DNA of 64,000 bases from a virus: positions 41,331 to 105,330 of IMG/VR virus record IMGVR_UViG_3300044491_002068. One strand, written 5' to 3'. Position 1 is the first letter of the stretch. The number at the start of each line of letters is the position of its first letter. A model generated the notes under the pieces. That model searched no databases. It was not told the origin of the DNA and worked only from the letters and a program-made list of their open reading frames with translations. The position numbers and the translations under genes were made by a program. Shown here piece by piece: positions 1 through 9,570 of this stretch.

Positions 1-693
1 ATCGTTCTGTATTAACTGCATTTGAGCAGTCACCGCACTTTTGCCGTCAGTAGTTCTCCTCGTGCTTAAGTTGGTAACATAAAATGGATCAGTGTTATTT
101 GAAGGAATTGTGACTTCGAAACTATCTTGGTTTTTAACAATAAAATCCTGCGAAGCAAAATACAGTGTACCATTGGCTTCAAAAAATCTGAAGTCTAAAT
201 CTTTAGCCAACCGCTGTAAAACGTCGAAAGTTGACTCGTCTTTGTTGTCTGTGCTTTCCCGCACAATTGCGCCGTTGGCCGGAGAATCTTCAGCAAAAAT
301 TCTTAAACCAAACTTTGCTGCCATGTTAGCGGCAAACACGGACGGTGAGATGTTACCAAAATTGTATTGGCCCTTATCTCTACGCATCCTTTGTGTGGCC
401 TGCAATCTAGCAGTAACTTCACATGTGTCACTAGTGGCATGGCGCACCGCTATTGCGGCTATCTCAAATTTTAAGTCTTCACTCAAAAAGGTTACAGTGC
501 GACCAACCATGAAATAGTTATTGTTGTGCATGTAGAAGTAAGGGTCGGCCACAGTGAAACGGATTTCACTAACAAGATCAGCAGACAAATCGTAAGAAAA
601 ATTTGTTATAGAGTTACGTATTTCAACGTTTTTCTCTCCAACCTCACCAACCGTCACACTATTTAAAATATTTCTGATAGCATTAGAACTCAT
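1..693 (-). CDS. Baseplate hub / late control gpD-like protein (partial, runs off the window edge)
   Basis: Not in the ORF track. ATG at 693 overlaps the upstream TAA (TAATG) and the frame reads MSSNAIRNILNSVTVGEVG...ESTFDVLQRLAKDLDFRFFEANGTLYF. The ES-F-L-RLA motif is typical of hub proteins, and it lies after the TMP and tube initiator. Confidence 0.7.
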   Translation of the reverse strand, partial: MSSNAIRNILNSVTVGEVGEKNVEIRNSITNFSYDLSADLVSEIRFTVADPYFYMHNNNYFMVGRTVTFLSEDLKFEIAAIAVRHATSDTCEVTARLQATQRMRRDKGQYNFGNISPSVFAANMAAKFGLRIFAEDSPANGAIVRESTDNKDESTFDVLQRLAKDLDFRFFEANGTLYFASQDFIVKNQDSFEVTIPSNNTDPFYVTNLSTRRTTDGKSAVTAQMQLIQND

Positions 694-1436
694 TATAAAC
701 CGTAACCCATTACTTGTTGAGCAGCCCGTGCTGCCTCACTATCTGGCATACCTGCCGCAAGATACCCTTCATACAACTGCTCATATCTAGACGCTGCCGT
801 ATTAGCGCTGGCTGTTAAACCATCATAAGCAGGGTTGTCATCATCAATGGGGGCAACCACATTGGGCTGCGTGGAAATAGTAGGCTGACGATACACTGCT
901 TCAAGCAGGTACAAATCCTGCCTCGCAGATGAACTCTCAGTCAATTGAATACTTACCTGCGCCCGAACAGGGAACCCTTCAGCATCACGATACTTTACAG
1001 TATACGAAAACTGACTCATAACACACGTATAGTTGAGTTTATGCGTGCCATACGAAAACACACACTCCCAACCAAGATCAGCAATCTCCTCCAAACTATC
1101 TAAGTAGTCCGTAATCGGTGTAACACCACCAGACGGCTTGTCCGCCAAAACAGCCTGAAAAGAAACAGTCCGTAACTGCTGGCCCTCAAGAATAAGCAAA
1201 GGCTTGTTGTACGGGCGAGAAGTCTGAGTAAACCTACTAGCATAATTGTCAAACTGCATATCACTAGGACCAAACGGGAACTCAACGGTAATCTGACGAT
1301 TCTCGTATGAAGTGCCATTCCAATACTGTCCAGATGCATCAATTTTTGCACGCTTAGGATTAGCAGACCTGAAATTTCTTTCCAAAGTCTGATTAGTAAA
1401 CGCAGATTTAAACTGTGTCTTTACGGCACCGGCCAT
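693..1436 (-). CDS. Tail tube initiator / baseplate protein (GpU / CIS-tube-like)
   Basis: Directly after the TMP; FPFGP...RTVSF...G.PVRAQVSIQLTE pattern. Confidence 0.65.
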   Translation of the reverse strand: MAGAVKTQFKSAFTNQTLERNFRSANPKRAKIDASGQYWNGTSYENRQITVEFPFGPSDMQFDNYASRFTQTSRPYNKPLLILEGQQLRTVSFQAVLADKPSGGVTPITDYLDSLEEIADLGWECVFSYGTHKLNYTCVMSQFSYTVKYRDAEGFPVRAQVSIQLTESSSARQDLYLLEAVYRQPTISTQPNVVAPIDDDNPAYDGLTASANTAASRYEQLYEGYLAAGMPDSEAARAAQQVMGYGL

Positions 1437-1458
1437 GACAACAACTCCTTATTGAAAA

Positions 1459-4400
1459 TTATTCTTCACTCTTTGGGTCAATAGTAATCTGATAAATAAC
1501 CCCACCACGTTCTTCCGTGGTTTGGCCATTAACGCTAATCATGGGCTTAGCAAGATTGTCGCTAATAGTTTGCAGAAGCATTGTCTGCGCTCCCATGTCG
1601 TCACCACTGGCTGTCAAGTAGTCAATCATGATTCGTTTAGATTCATCCTCGCCTACAGCAGCAACCAGACTTCTCTGGAACTCTTCGGCGCTAGCAGGAT
1701 TAGCAAGGCTACGTTGCGTCGCCATGTATCCGCCGATACCCCGCCGAATCTTTCCATCAGCAAACTTGTCTTTATACACCTCGCTTGCTCTACCGCCAGC
1801 GTACGCTCTGAAATCTTCAAAACCTGCACCAGAGATGTCTACCCCACCCTGAGCCAAAGCACCAAAGTCCCCAGAGACAATACCAGTGCGCAAACTCTCT
1901 CGCTGGAAAGACGTACGATTAATCAAATTAGACACAGCATCAATATTTCCACTACCGTACGCTTCCCTAAGGTCTCCAACAGAAATACCGTACGCTTCCG
2001 ACATGCGCTTAAACAATCCAGTTTCCATATCGCTAATACCGAACTGTTGCATGAATTTATCAGCGTCACCAAACGCACCGGCCTGTGCCTGCTGGCGCAA
2101 CTCCAACACACCGCTCAGACCGGCAATATCAGCATCAGCCCCAAACGCCATCTCTGCCGCAGCAAACCTGTCAACAAAATCAGAAGCAAGACTAACATCA
2201 TACGTTCCGCCCCTAGTGGACTCCGCCAATGCATTTAAAGCGGCATCGCTGCTAGCCATCTTGTTGGCCCTGCCAGCAATAGTATTCGCAAAATCGGGTA
2301 AAAACGTTTGAGTTCTATCAATCTCTGGAGCAAAGAAAATTTCGGCCAAACCGGCTAAACCTTCTAGACCCAAGTTTTTCTGCAGGTCAATCCCTAGAGC
2401 AGTAGTGAACTGTTGAATTTGTTGTTCAGACAACCCTAATTCATTAGTCAAAAGTGCAGTATTAGTGTTTAAACGGTTAATAGCGTTATCAATCGCCAAA
2501 ATTGCGGTTTCGGCCTCCGACAAATATTCAGGTAAACGACTAAACACTTCGTCAGCATCAAACTTTTCACCAAGAATGCCCAACTCTTGGAACATGTCGG
2601 TCATCTTTGTGAACTCTTCGCTATCTTTACCTACAGTCTCCGCCAATACTACGTCTAGGGGTATTCGTCTCCTAGCGCTTTGGCGCCTAGCCTCAGCAGC
2701 AGTAAATTTACTGGCCTTGCCAGCGGAAATAGCGTCACCCACAGCAACATACTGCTCTACTAAACTAGCACGAGTAGACATTTTCTCATCACTGCTCATA
2801 CCCAAAACATCTAAATTAGCAAGAGTATCCAACTGCTTATCCATCGCCTCTTCGGTGGCTTTACGAATCTTTTCTTTACCCTTACGTCCAGCAAACCACG
2901 TGGCGACACCGCCTACAACGGCACCCACCGCAGCACCTACCGCAGTACCGACAACAGGAATTACCGAGCCAATAGCGGCCCCAGTCAAAGCGCCACCACC
3001 AATGCCCGCCGCCATACTGCCAACGCCACCACCATTATCGTAGGCGCTTTTAATGCCCATACCCATAATAGCCGCCCCCGCAATCCCCATTCCGGCAACT
3101 GCCGTGCCGGTTCCAGCGGCAGCAAAACCCGGACCAATCCTTGTTTTTCCGAGCAAATTCTTACTCAACTGACTACCGACACCGCCACGCATACTTTGCC
3201 GCATAAAGCCTGCGCCTGTTTTAATCCCTCCACCAACTTTAGATAACATGCCGCCTGCACCTTTGAAGCCAAGCGCTTTTACGGCACCAAAACCACCAAG
3301 AAGCATCATGCCAGTAACCACATCTGGAATGATACCAACTAGCGCAGCAATTGCCTTAGCCAACACCTCAACAACAGGAGCCAGCGTGCTAATTGCGTCA
3401 GCAAGACCAGAAATAATGTCCGGTACTTTTTCAAACAAAGGCATCATTGCTGACAAAACTTTACCTAAAGCCGGAACAAGTTCAGAAGCGACACGATTCA
3501 AAGCATCAATAATAGTAGGTAACTTCGCAAAGAAGCCTCCCTGACCAGCACTACCCAAATCCAACAAAGCGCCAACAACATTACCGATAGCCGCACCAAA
3601 CTCTTTAAAGTTCTCTGCATTCCCCTCAATAAGACCAGAAAACTCTCTAAAAAGACCACGCCCGCCAGCCGTACCGGCCATCGCCTTAAACATGTCAATA
3701 ACAACATCCGCAGCAGGCTCAAACTGGCGTAAAAAGTTTCCAACATTATAGAAAAAATGACTAATCGCTTTGAAGAAGCCGACAAACTTCTCGGCAGTAT
3801 TTTCTATCGTATCTAAATGTCCAATAATATTACTACGGACAAACTCACTGACCGTATCGACAATAGTTACAAGCGTGGGAGCAAACGACTCGGAGCCAAA
3901 ACGCTGAACCACAGCCGTCAGGCTGAGAATATCCTCACGAAGAATCTTAGAAATCTGCAAGAAAGCATTACGGAAAGGTCCAAGAAGCGGCTCACCAACA
4001 TCGGCAAAAATGCCTTTAATCCCAGCAAACTCAGTCTTAATAGTGCCAACAAACGTTTGTGCAATCGCCTCACCGGCACCTTGGAAAGCGTCCGCAGTAG
4101 CACCGCCACCAGAAACAGCAGACACAAGACCACTCATGGTACTAATGCCAGTAAGAGAATCCTTTTTGAAACCGACAGCGCCCTGAGTGGCCTGAATCGC
4201 TTTCTTTACATCACCGCCAGCAAACGCCGCCGCTAAAGACTGCGCCGCTTTAGCATCCCCACCAGTTATATTGTACAACTGGCTAACAAGCGAATTGGCT
4301 TGAGAACCACGTACACCTGCACGGGCAAGCGAACCAGTGATAGCAGTAGTTGCTTCACCACCAAGCAAGCCCGTCATGCGAGAGCCAATACCACGACTTA

Positions 4401-4884
4401 AAGCAATAGCGCTTTTCTTCCCAGCCGCACCACCACCAAGAAGCGGAGCCAACTGGGCCTCCTGAAACTCACGCATAGCAGCCGCAGCCACAGCCAGACC
4501 AGTAGCAACGGCGGCAGCAGCAATAGACAACCCCTTAAGTGCTATCTGATACGATTTAACAGCAACACGGCCAGTAACCAACGCAGCCTTAGCCGCTAAC
4601 AAACCGGCAGTAAACAAACCGATCTGGCCAGCAAGCGCAATAAACGAAAACTTTCCTAAAGTCTTTAGGAACTTTCCGAACGTGGAGCCGAACTTCATGA
4701 GCGCTTTATTCACACGATCAAAACTCTTCTCGGTGCGCCTATTGTTTCTATCTAAGTCACGAGACTCACGGTTGAACGAACGGGTACGATCCTCTAAAGA
4801 TTTAATACGGCGCTCAATGCCAGCCAAATCGCCGCCAATATCGGCGTCGATTTCAACCTTAATTACAACTCTTTCTTCAGTCAT
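1459..4884 (-). CDS. Tape measure protein
   Basis: 1141 aa, Ala/Gly-rich and helical with a GAAIGSVIPVVGTAVGA glycine zipper; follows the tail assembly chaperone. Confidence 0.9.
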   Translation of the reverse strand: MTEERVVIKVEIDADIGGDLAGIERRIKSLEDRTRSFNRESRDLDRNNRRTEKSFDRVNKALMKFGSTFGKFLKTLGKFSFIALAGQIGLFTAGLLAAKAALVTGRVAVKSYQIALKGLSIAAAAVATGLAVAAAAMREFQEAQLAPLLGGGAAGKKSAIALSRGIGSRMTGLLGGEATTAITGSLARAGVRGSQANSLVSQLYNITGGDAKAAQSLAAAFAGGDVKKAIQATQGAVGFKKDSLTGISTMSGLVSAVSGGGATADAFQGAGEAIAQTFVGTIKTEFAGIKGIFADVGEPLLGPFRNAFLQISKILREDILSLTAVVQRFGSESFAPTLVTIVDTVSEFVRSNIIGHLDTIENTAEKFVGFFKAISHFFYNVGNFLRQFEPAADVVIDMFKAMAGTAGGRGLFREFSGLIEGNAENFKEFGAAIGNVVGALLDLGSAGQGGFFAKLPTIIDALNRVASELVPALGKVLSAMMPLFEKVPDIISGLADAISTLAPVVEVLAKAIAALVGIIPDVVTGMMLLGGFGAVKALGFKGAGGMLSKVGGGIKTGAGFMRQSMRGGVGSQLSKNLLGKTRIGPGFAAAGTGTAVAGMGIAGAAIMGMGIKSAYDNGGGVGSMAAGIGGGALTGAAIGSVIPVVGTAVGAAVGAVVGGVATWFAGRKGKEKIRKATEEAMDKQLDTLANLDVLGMSSDEKMSTRASLVEQYVAVGDAISAGKASKFTAAEARRQSARRRIPLDVVLAETVGKDSEEFTKMTDMFQELGILGEKFDADEVFSRLPEYLSEAETAILAIDNAINRLNTNTALLTNELGLSEQQIQQFTTALGIDLQKNLGLEGLAGLAEIFFAPEIDRTQTFLPDFANTIAGRANKMASSDAALNALAESTRGGTYDVSLASDFVDRFAAAEMAFGADADIAGLSGVLELRQQAQAGAFGDADKFMQQFGISDMETGLFKRMSEAYGISVGDLREAYGSGNIDAVSNLINRTSFQRESLRTGIVSGDFGALAQGGVDISGAGFEDFRAYAGGRASEVYKDKFADGKIRRGIGGYMATQRSLANPASAEEFQRSLVAAVGEDESKRIMIDYLTASGDDMGAQTMLLQTISDNLAKPMISVNGQTTEERGGVIYQITIDPKSEE

Positions 4885-4900
4885 AAACGCCCCTAAGCAC

Positions 4901-4946
4901 AGAAAAACCGGGAATCCCTATAGAGTTATTCTATAGAAATTCCCGG
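4901..4946 (-). terminator. Long hairpin plus U-tract between chaperone and TMP
   Basis: CCGGGAAT..CTATAG / CTATAG..ATTCCCGG inverted repeat (4908-4946), followed by TTTTTCT on the minus strand. Confidence 0.6.
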
Positions 4947-4949
4947 CTC

Positions 4950-5156
4950 TCAGTAACCACCTCGTGAACCTCTTCGTTGTCTTTCTCGCTCAGCATGATC
5001 AGTAGCAAGCGCTTTAGCCGCCGCTAATCGGATGAGCCACTCATCATAATCGCAGTTCAAGATGTCTAAAGGATCGACATGGAATGTTTCGGCAAGCCTT
5101 GCTGCTGAACGTATCCTAACGTCTTGGGCTAGTTCATCAACTAGCCCTTCGTAGGG
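4950..5156 (-). CDS. Frameshifted C-terminal extension of the tail assembly chaperone (gpGT-like)
   Basis: The -1 frame is open from GAC CCT ACG and reads PYEGLVDELAQDVRIRSAARLAETFHVDPLDILNCDYDEWLIRLAAAKAL...GGY*. It has no ATG or SD of its own and sits just before the TMP. Confidence 0.75.
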   Translation of the reverse strand, partial: PYEGLVDELAQDVRIRSAARLAETFHVDPLDILNCDYDEWLIRLAAAKALATDHAERERQRRGSRGGY

Positions 5157-5656
5157 TCCTCAGCCTCAACATCGTCACCGTAACCAGCGTAATCAAGAAT
5201 CTTGAGAGCCACAGACTCCAAGTGCGGATCAACACCGTAAAACGCACGAATAGCGTCAGGTAACGGACGATCAGTGTTGGTCATCTCCATAACAACCGGA
5301 GACGCAAACGTAATCGCATTACCGTTATCGTCTAAAACTAACTCGTCGTTGTAGTAAATGCCGGTAACAGTCTGGCCAACAACGTAGCACGAAAACTTGA
5401 TGGAATCAAGTTCGTCAGTCTTTCGGTTCGTGGCATTACGACGCCACGACTTCAACTGCTCATTAGTAATATTGGGTGAGAACCTAACAGTCACACCCTT
5501 ACGCTCCGGCACAGGCATCTCAATTTCGGGACGAGTAACTTCCTTAGAAATCTCTTCCTTCAACTGATCTAGAACGGTAAGCCTACCGCCAGTCTTACGC
5601 TTCGGAGTTACCTCGTCAGCACTTGCTACTTCAATAATTTCGTTTTCGTCACTCAT
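5141..5656 (-). CDS. Tail assembly chaperone (gpG-like)
   Basis: Position upstream of the TMP; ends EDPTKG* with an overlapping -1 ORF. Confidence 0.75.
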   Translation of the reverse strand: MSDENEIIEVASADEVTPKRKTGGRLTVLDQLKEEISKEVTRPEIEMPVPERKGVTVRFSPNITNEQLKSWRRNATNRKTDELDSIKFSCYVVGQTVTGIYYNDELVLDDNGNAITFASPVVMEMTNTDRPLPDAIRAFYGVDPHLESVALKILDYAGYGDDVEAEDPTKG

Positions 5657-5691
5657 AGAGTTATGATAGTAATTTCCATCAATCCTGTCAA
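5657..5691 (-). promoter_or_regulatory. Sigma-A promoter, leaderless
   Basis: TTGACA-N17-TATCAT-N6-ATG. Confidence 0.8.
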
Positions 5692-5704
5692 CTACTTAGA
5701 AAAA

Positions 5705-6454
5705 TTAATCGGCTAGCGCTTCCCAAGTGCGCTTACCAACAACGCCGTCCACAGTCAGCCCCTCATCCTTCTGAAACTGACACACAGCATTATAGGTAAC
5801 CTTGCCAAAAACCCCGTCAATACCGGAACTAGTCTTAGGGCGCTTAGACAACTTGTACCCATTCTTATCCAGCAATTTTTGTAAAAACTCCACTACTACG
5901 CCACGGTCACCACGGCGCAATGTAGTGTCAAAACAAGCGGAAATGAACTTAAGAACGCCAGCCTGTTCTGACTTGACAGAAGCCGCACGAGGTATCTTAA
6001 CCTCACCCTTAACCGGGAACCACTCCATCTTTGTTCCGCTAACCTTGCACGGTTGATGATGCCACCACTCAGAAGAAACTGTCTTAACAATACCATATTC
6101 TGCGGCAATAGCATTAATTTCAGAAGTAGACAAAGTTTTATCCATCTGACGGAAATCTACAGCATACCCGTATCCTTCAAAACTGGGCTGAGACATATGA
6201 TACGACCCCTGAAACCCTGCACTGTTTCTGCGGTCAGGATTAGCGGCCAAATTAAAACCACGCTTACGAGACTTGTAGCCGTCATACAAATACTTCTGCT
6301 GCTGATACGACCTTACTCCAGAACTCACACGCACACGATGACCCTTGGCCAAATTAGTGATACGTGGGTCGTTGAAGAACGCCTCAAGTCGTGCCTTGAA
6401 CTTAGGATGAAGGTCTTTCACATTAACGTGATTGCCTGTCGTCGGAATACTCAT
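5705..6454 (-). CDS. Endolysin: M15/VanY-type Zn peptidase plus C-terminal peptidoglycan-binding domain
   Basis: SGVRSYQQQ..LY, SYH, AVD and EWWH motifs; LRRGDRG..V..LQ..L...IDGVFG...FQ..GL.VDGVVG..TW resembles PG_binding_1. Confidence 0.85.
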   Translation of the reverse strand: MSIPTTGNHVNVKDLHPKFKARLEAFFNDPRITNLAKGHRVRVSSGVRSYQQQKYLYDGYKSRKRGFNLAANPDRRNSAGFQGSYHMSQPSFEGYGYAVDFRQMDKTLSTSEINAIAAEYGIVKTVSSEWWHHQPCKVSGTKMEWFPVKGEVKIPRAASVKSEQAGVLKFISACFDTTLRRGDRGVVVEFLQKLLDKNGYKLSKRPKTSSGIDGVFGKVTYNAVCQFQKDEGLTVDGVVGKRTWEALAD

Positions 6455-6527
6455 AACTTTACCTTTTGTAGAAAATACGTTACGTATCTACAGTATAACA
6501 AAACAGAATGGAAATCAACCACTGCAC

Positions 6528-6555
6528 AAAAGAAAAAGCGCTACCTAAGTAGCGC
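6528..6555 (-). terminator. Intrinsic terminator after the tail tube gene
   Basis: GCGCTAC-TTAG-GTAGCGC followed by TTTTTCTTTT. Confidence 0.8.
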
Positions 6556-6586
6556 CCTTCCTTTAAATTGTTTATGTGTTAGTTTA

Positions 6587-7036
6587 TTACGCCGCCGAAA
6601 CAGTGCTGACAGAGAAAGTCAGCGAGTATGACGCAGGCGCACCCGAAGATGCGTCGCCGTCAGGCTCCGTAAGTCCAACAAGCAGAGTCTTAGCATACAC
6701 ACGCTCTGACCCCGGCTCTTTAAGTTCACAGTTAAGCGTGAGAATAGTCAAGTCATAGTAAGTCATACCAACCAACTGACGAAGATTGTTCAACTTTGGA
6801 CCATCTTCGTCAGGATCGTAAAACTTGCTAATCGTGATATCACCAATCTCTGAGGGAGCACAAAGAACCTCAGGGAACGTGCTGTTACCATCATAAACTT
6901 TTTCTACAGCAGCACTGATTTCTCCGCCGCTAACAGTTGCAAAGTACTTCGGGAAAATCGGGCCGGGAGCGTGCCCCGGAACGTTTCCTGTCGGTTCGAT
7001 TGTTGCAACAATTTGCCTTTGAGTTGCCTTAGCCAT
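6587..7036 (-). CDS. Tail tube protein
   Basis: 149 aa immediately after the sheath; F.T.SGG...I.ISK pattern. Confidence 0.8.
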   Translation of the reverse strand: MAKATQRQIVATIEPTGNVPGHAPGPIFPKYFATVSGGEISAAVEKVYDGNSTFPEVLCAPSEIGDITISKFYDPDEDGPKLNNLRQLVGMTYYDLTILTLNCELKEPGSERVYAKTLLVGLTEPDGDASSGAPASYSLTFSVSTVSAA

Positions 7037-7048
7037 TTAAATATCTCC

Positions 7049-8566
7049 TTAGATTACGGGGGCCGAGAGATTGCTCTTAGTGATAACAATATCAATTAGG
7101 TCCGCAACACCGGAAACCCGGACACCGACCTGAGCCTTAACAAGCCCAGTAGCAAGTTGCGTAGTGGGGTTGATTGTGCTATCAACCACAACGTTGTAAC
7201 CGGGGTCAATGAGGACACCAGTCTCGTCGTATGCCTCAAACAATCCGCCAGCCACACGAATGGGCTCAAGGAATGCTTTGAGGGAGCCACGGATTTTACC
7301 GAACAGCCCGCCACGACCATCAATGGTCGAAAACACATACTGCTCCATGCGCTCCTCAGCACCGACAACAATGTAATTCAGAGTGTCACGCTGAGTAATA
7401 TAACGCCAGTTAGCCTCATCGTTAGAAGCAGAGCGAGCACCATACACACGGAAAGTGTTACCAATCTTACGGATAGCGTTCACACGAGCCTCATCAAGTG
7501 CATCACCAGTAGCAGGTGTCACATCGTAAGCAAGTGCTCTGACAGTACTGGCCTGAGAAATCTGACCAGCACCCGCACGCCATGGGCCACCCGCCTCTTG
7601 AATAGCACGGGCACGAGCACCCGCCGCATACGCATCAGCAGTAATCGTAATTGTAGAACCCTGCACAGGGTTTGTACCCGTAGCAAGTTCTGGAGCAGAC
7701 GGAGCCGCAACCTTAATCTGTGGCCAATAAAATGCCATGTAACTAGCCTTAGGATCAGCCGCATAATCAGCAGCCGCAGACTTAGCGGCAGACGCTGTAG
7801 TTGAGTCTAAACCAATAATTGCAATCCGATTATTAGCAGCAGCATGATCACGCAAATCATCCCACACCGCAGACTTGTTCTCTGCAGAAAAACTGCTTAA
7901 AAGCGCAGGAGCGCAAATAGCACCACTCTTAAAGTTAGGGCTAATCGGAGTAGTGTCTGGGTGAATAGCAGCAGAATACTCTGAAGGAGTTACGTCAGAA
8001 CCATCTGATCCTCCAGCGAGAGTGTAGTCCGCAACCTTAGGCACTAACTCTGTTGAAGAAGAATGCAAAGACAACTCCACCAAATGGCTGACAGCCGAAG
8101 AATTTATAACATTAATCGCATCAGTGACGCTAGTCAAGTCACGGGTCGTGAGAAGAACAACATCATCCAAAACAACCTTAATCTTGAAACCAGAAACATC
8201 AGCCGCAACGACATTCACATCCAGATATGCAGCCCACGCTCCAGCATTCTTCGCTGTAGCAGTCAAAGTTTCAGCATCGTCAGCATCAAGAAGATCAATA
8301 GTTCCTGTTGCGTTAGACGCACCAATAATACGCATCACATAACAACGTGAGCCACCCTCATCAAAGAAAGCCTTCACATGAGGATAAAGTGATCCTGATT
8401 CGTAGTTTCCGTAGTAGGTCGTATAGTCGCTGAACGAACGAAGAAGCGTGGGCTCATCCAAAGGACCACGCTCAGTCTCGCCAACCATAAATACTTGACC
8501 TGCCACGATATCTCCAGTACCCACAGGACCAGTGCGGACTGCAGTAGTGACGTTAACTCCCGGCAT
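7049..8566 (-). CDS. Contractile tail sheath protein
   Basis: MPGV start, G.TERGP, KNAGAW, VNAIR...VYGARS, NWRYI..R sheath motifs. Confidence 0.93.
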   Translation of the reverse strand: MPGVNVTTAVRTGPVGTGDIVAGQVFMVGETERGPLDEPTLLRSFSDYTTYYGNYESGSLYPHVKAFFDEGGSRCYVMRIIGASNATGTIDLLDADDAETLTATAKNAGAWAAYLDVNVVAADVSGFKIKVVLDDVVLLTTRDLTSVTDAINVINSSAVSHLVELSLHSSSTELVPKVADYTLAGGSDGSDVTPSEYSAAIHPDTTPISPNFKSGAICAPALLSSFSAENKSAVWDDLRDHAAANNRIAIIGLDSTTASAAKSAAADYAADPKASYMAFYWPQIKVAAPSAPELATGTNPVQGSTITITADAYAAGARARAIQEAGGPWRAGAGQISQASTVRALAYDVTPATGDALDEARVNAIRKIGNTFRVYGARSASNDEANWRYITQRDTLNYIVVGAEERMEQYVFSTIDGRGGLFGKIRGSLKAFLEPIRVAGGLFEAYDETGVLIDPGYNVVVDSTINPTTQLATGLVKAQVGVRVSGVADLIDIVITKSNLSAPVI

Positions 8567-8688
8567 GTTTAGCCTCCATTTTCCTTGTTTCTATCAATAC
8601 CGTATTGATTTGCCCTGCGGGGCTAAGACCAAAAAAGTCTTCTCTATCAACTATTATATTACCATGATACGTCTACGTGTGAAGGTAA

Positions 8689-9558
8689 CTATATCGTAGA
8701 AGATTTAAATGGAATCCCATACGTGGGCAGTACATCTTCCATCCAGCCCTGAGAACTATTCAAAGCCAGCGCTTCTGAAAGATTCTTAGGTGACTTATCA
8801 TCAGCAGGCGCAGGATCATACCCAAACTCGTAAATATAGTTTCCATCTGTAAACAGATCGCCTGCACGCACCCTCTGCTCAATGATTCTATAACGGCCAC
8901 GCATCGGACCTTCTCCATGCTCCTGAGCATACGACCTAGACGGCGTAACCCAGTCACCCGAATTGATAGCATCAACACCTTCCTCAGGCACCGCACGATA
9001 CATGATCACTTCGGCATCCGGATTGCCACGGGCCGCAGATATAATCGAAAATAGTTCTCTATCTCGTCGGGCGTCTGCGGGATCACCAGAACCGTACAAC
9101 CGCATTCCCATTGGAGAATAAACATCTTCAGGATATATTGCACTTAAATCATGTAATGCTGCACCAGTGTCTCGTGTAGGAGCAGAGTGGAGGCCACGGT
9201 AATCCTCGATAGTAGGTCCCTTATCGACAGTACCTAAAGTTGTAGTAATATTTCCCATTGAATCGCCAATGGTACCCAAACGATCACCAATAGAAAGGTT
9301 TTCAGTTCTCCACGTCTGAGAATACGAAACGTCATTACCATCAGCATCAACTAGACGTAACCCGTCTAACTGTGAAATATTAGTACCAGTAAGCAGATCA
9401 GAAATTTCTTCGCCAGCCGCATTAATGTACTTAGCGCCAGCAGGTCGTTCAAATGCCGTACCCTCCTGAACAACACCGTCATTATCGGCATCCTTAGGGT
9501 TACGATTATACGGCTCTGCCCGTAAACCACCCCATCGTGTAGCGCCACCAATAGCCAT
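8689..9558 (-). CDS. ADP-ribosyltransferase-like protein (ART-PolyVal type) with an N-terminal DADNDGVVQEGT.FERP module
   Basis: YRGLHSAP...MYRAVP...INSGDWVT.S.SYA..HG...V.A.DL...GN..YE.GY, an R-S/T-E ART-like pattern. Confidence 0.55.
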   Translation of the reverse strand: MAIGGATRWGGLRAEPYNRNPKDADNDGVVQEGTAFERPAGAKYINAAGEEISDLLTGTNISQLDGLRLVDADGNDVSYSQTWRTENLSIGDRLGTIGDSMGNITTTLGTVDKGPTIEDYRGLHSAPTRDTGAALHDLSAIYPEDVYSPMGMRLYGSGDPADARRDRELFSIISAARGNPDAEVIMYRAVPEEGVDAINSGDWVTPSRSYAQEHGEGPMRGRYRIIEQRVRAGDLFTDGNYIYEFGYDPAPADDKSPKNLSEALALNSSQGWMEDVLPTYGIPFKSSTI

Positions 9559-9570
9559 ACTACTATCCTA

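Noticed and set aside
92-4936. Numerous + strand ORFs opposite the structural genes
   Set aside because: Antisense shadows of well-supported minus-strand genes with no recognisable motifs; the same applies across the window.
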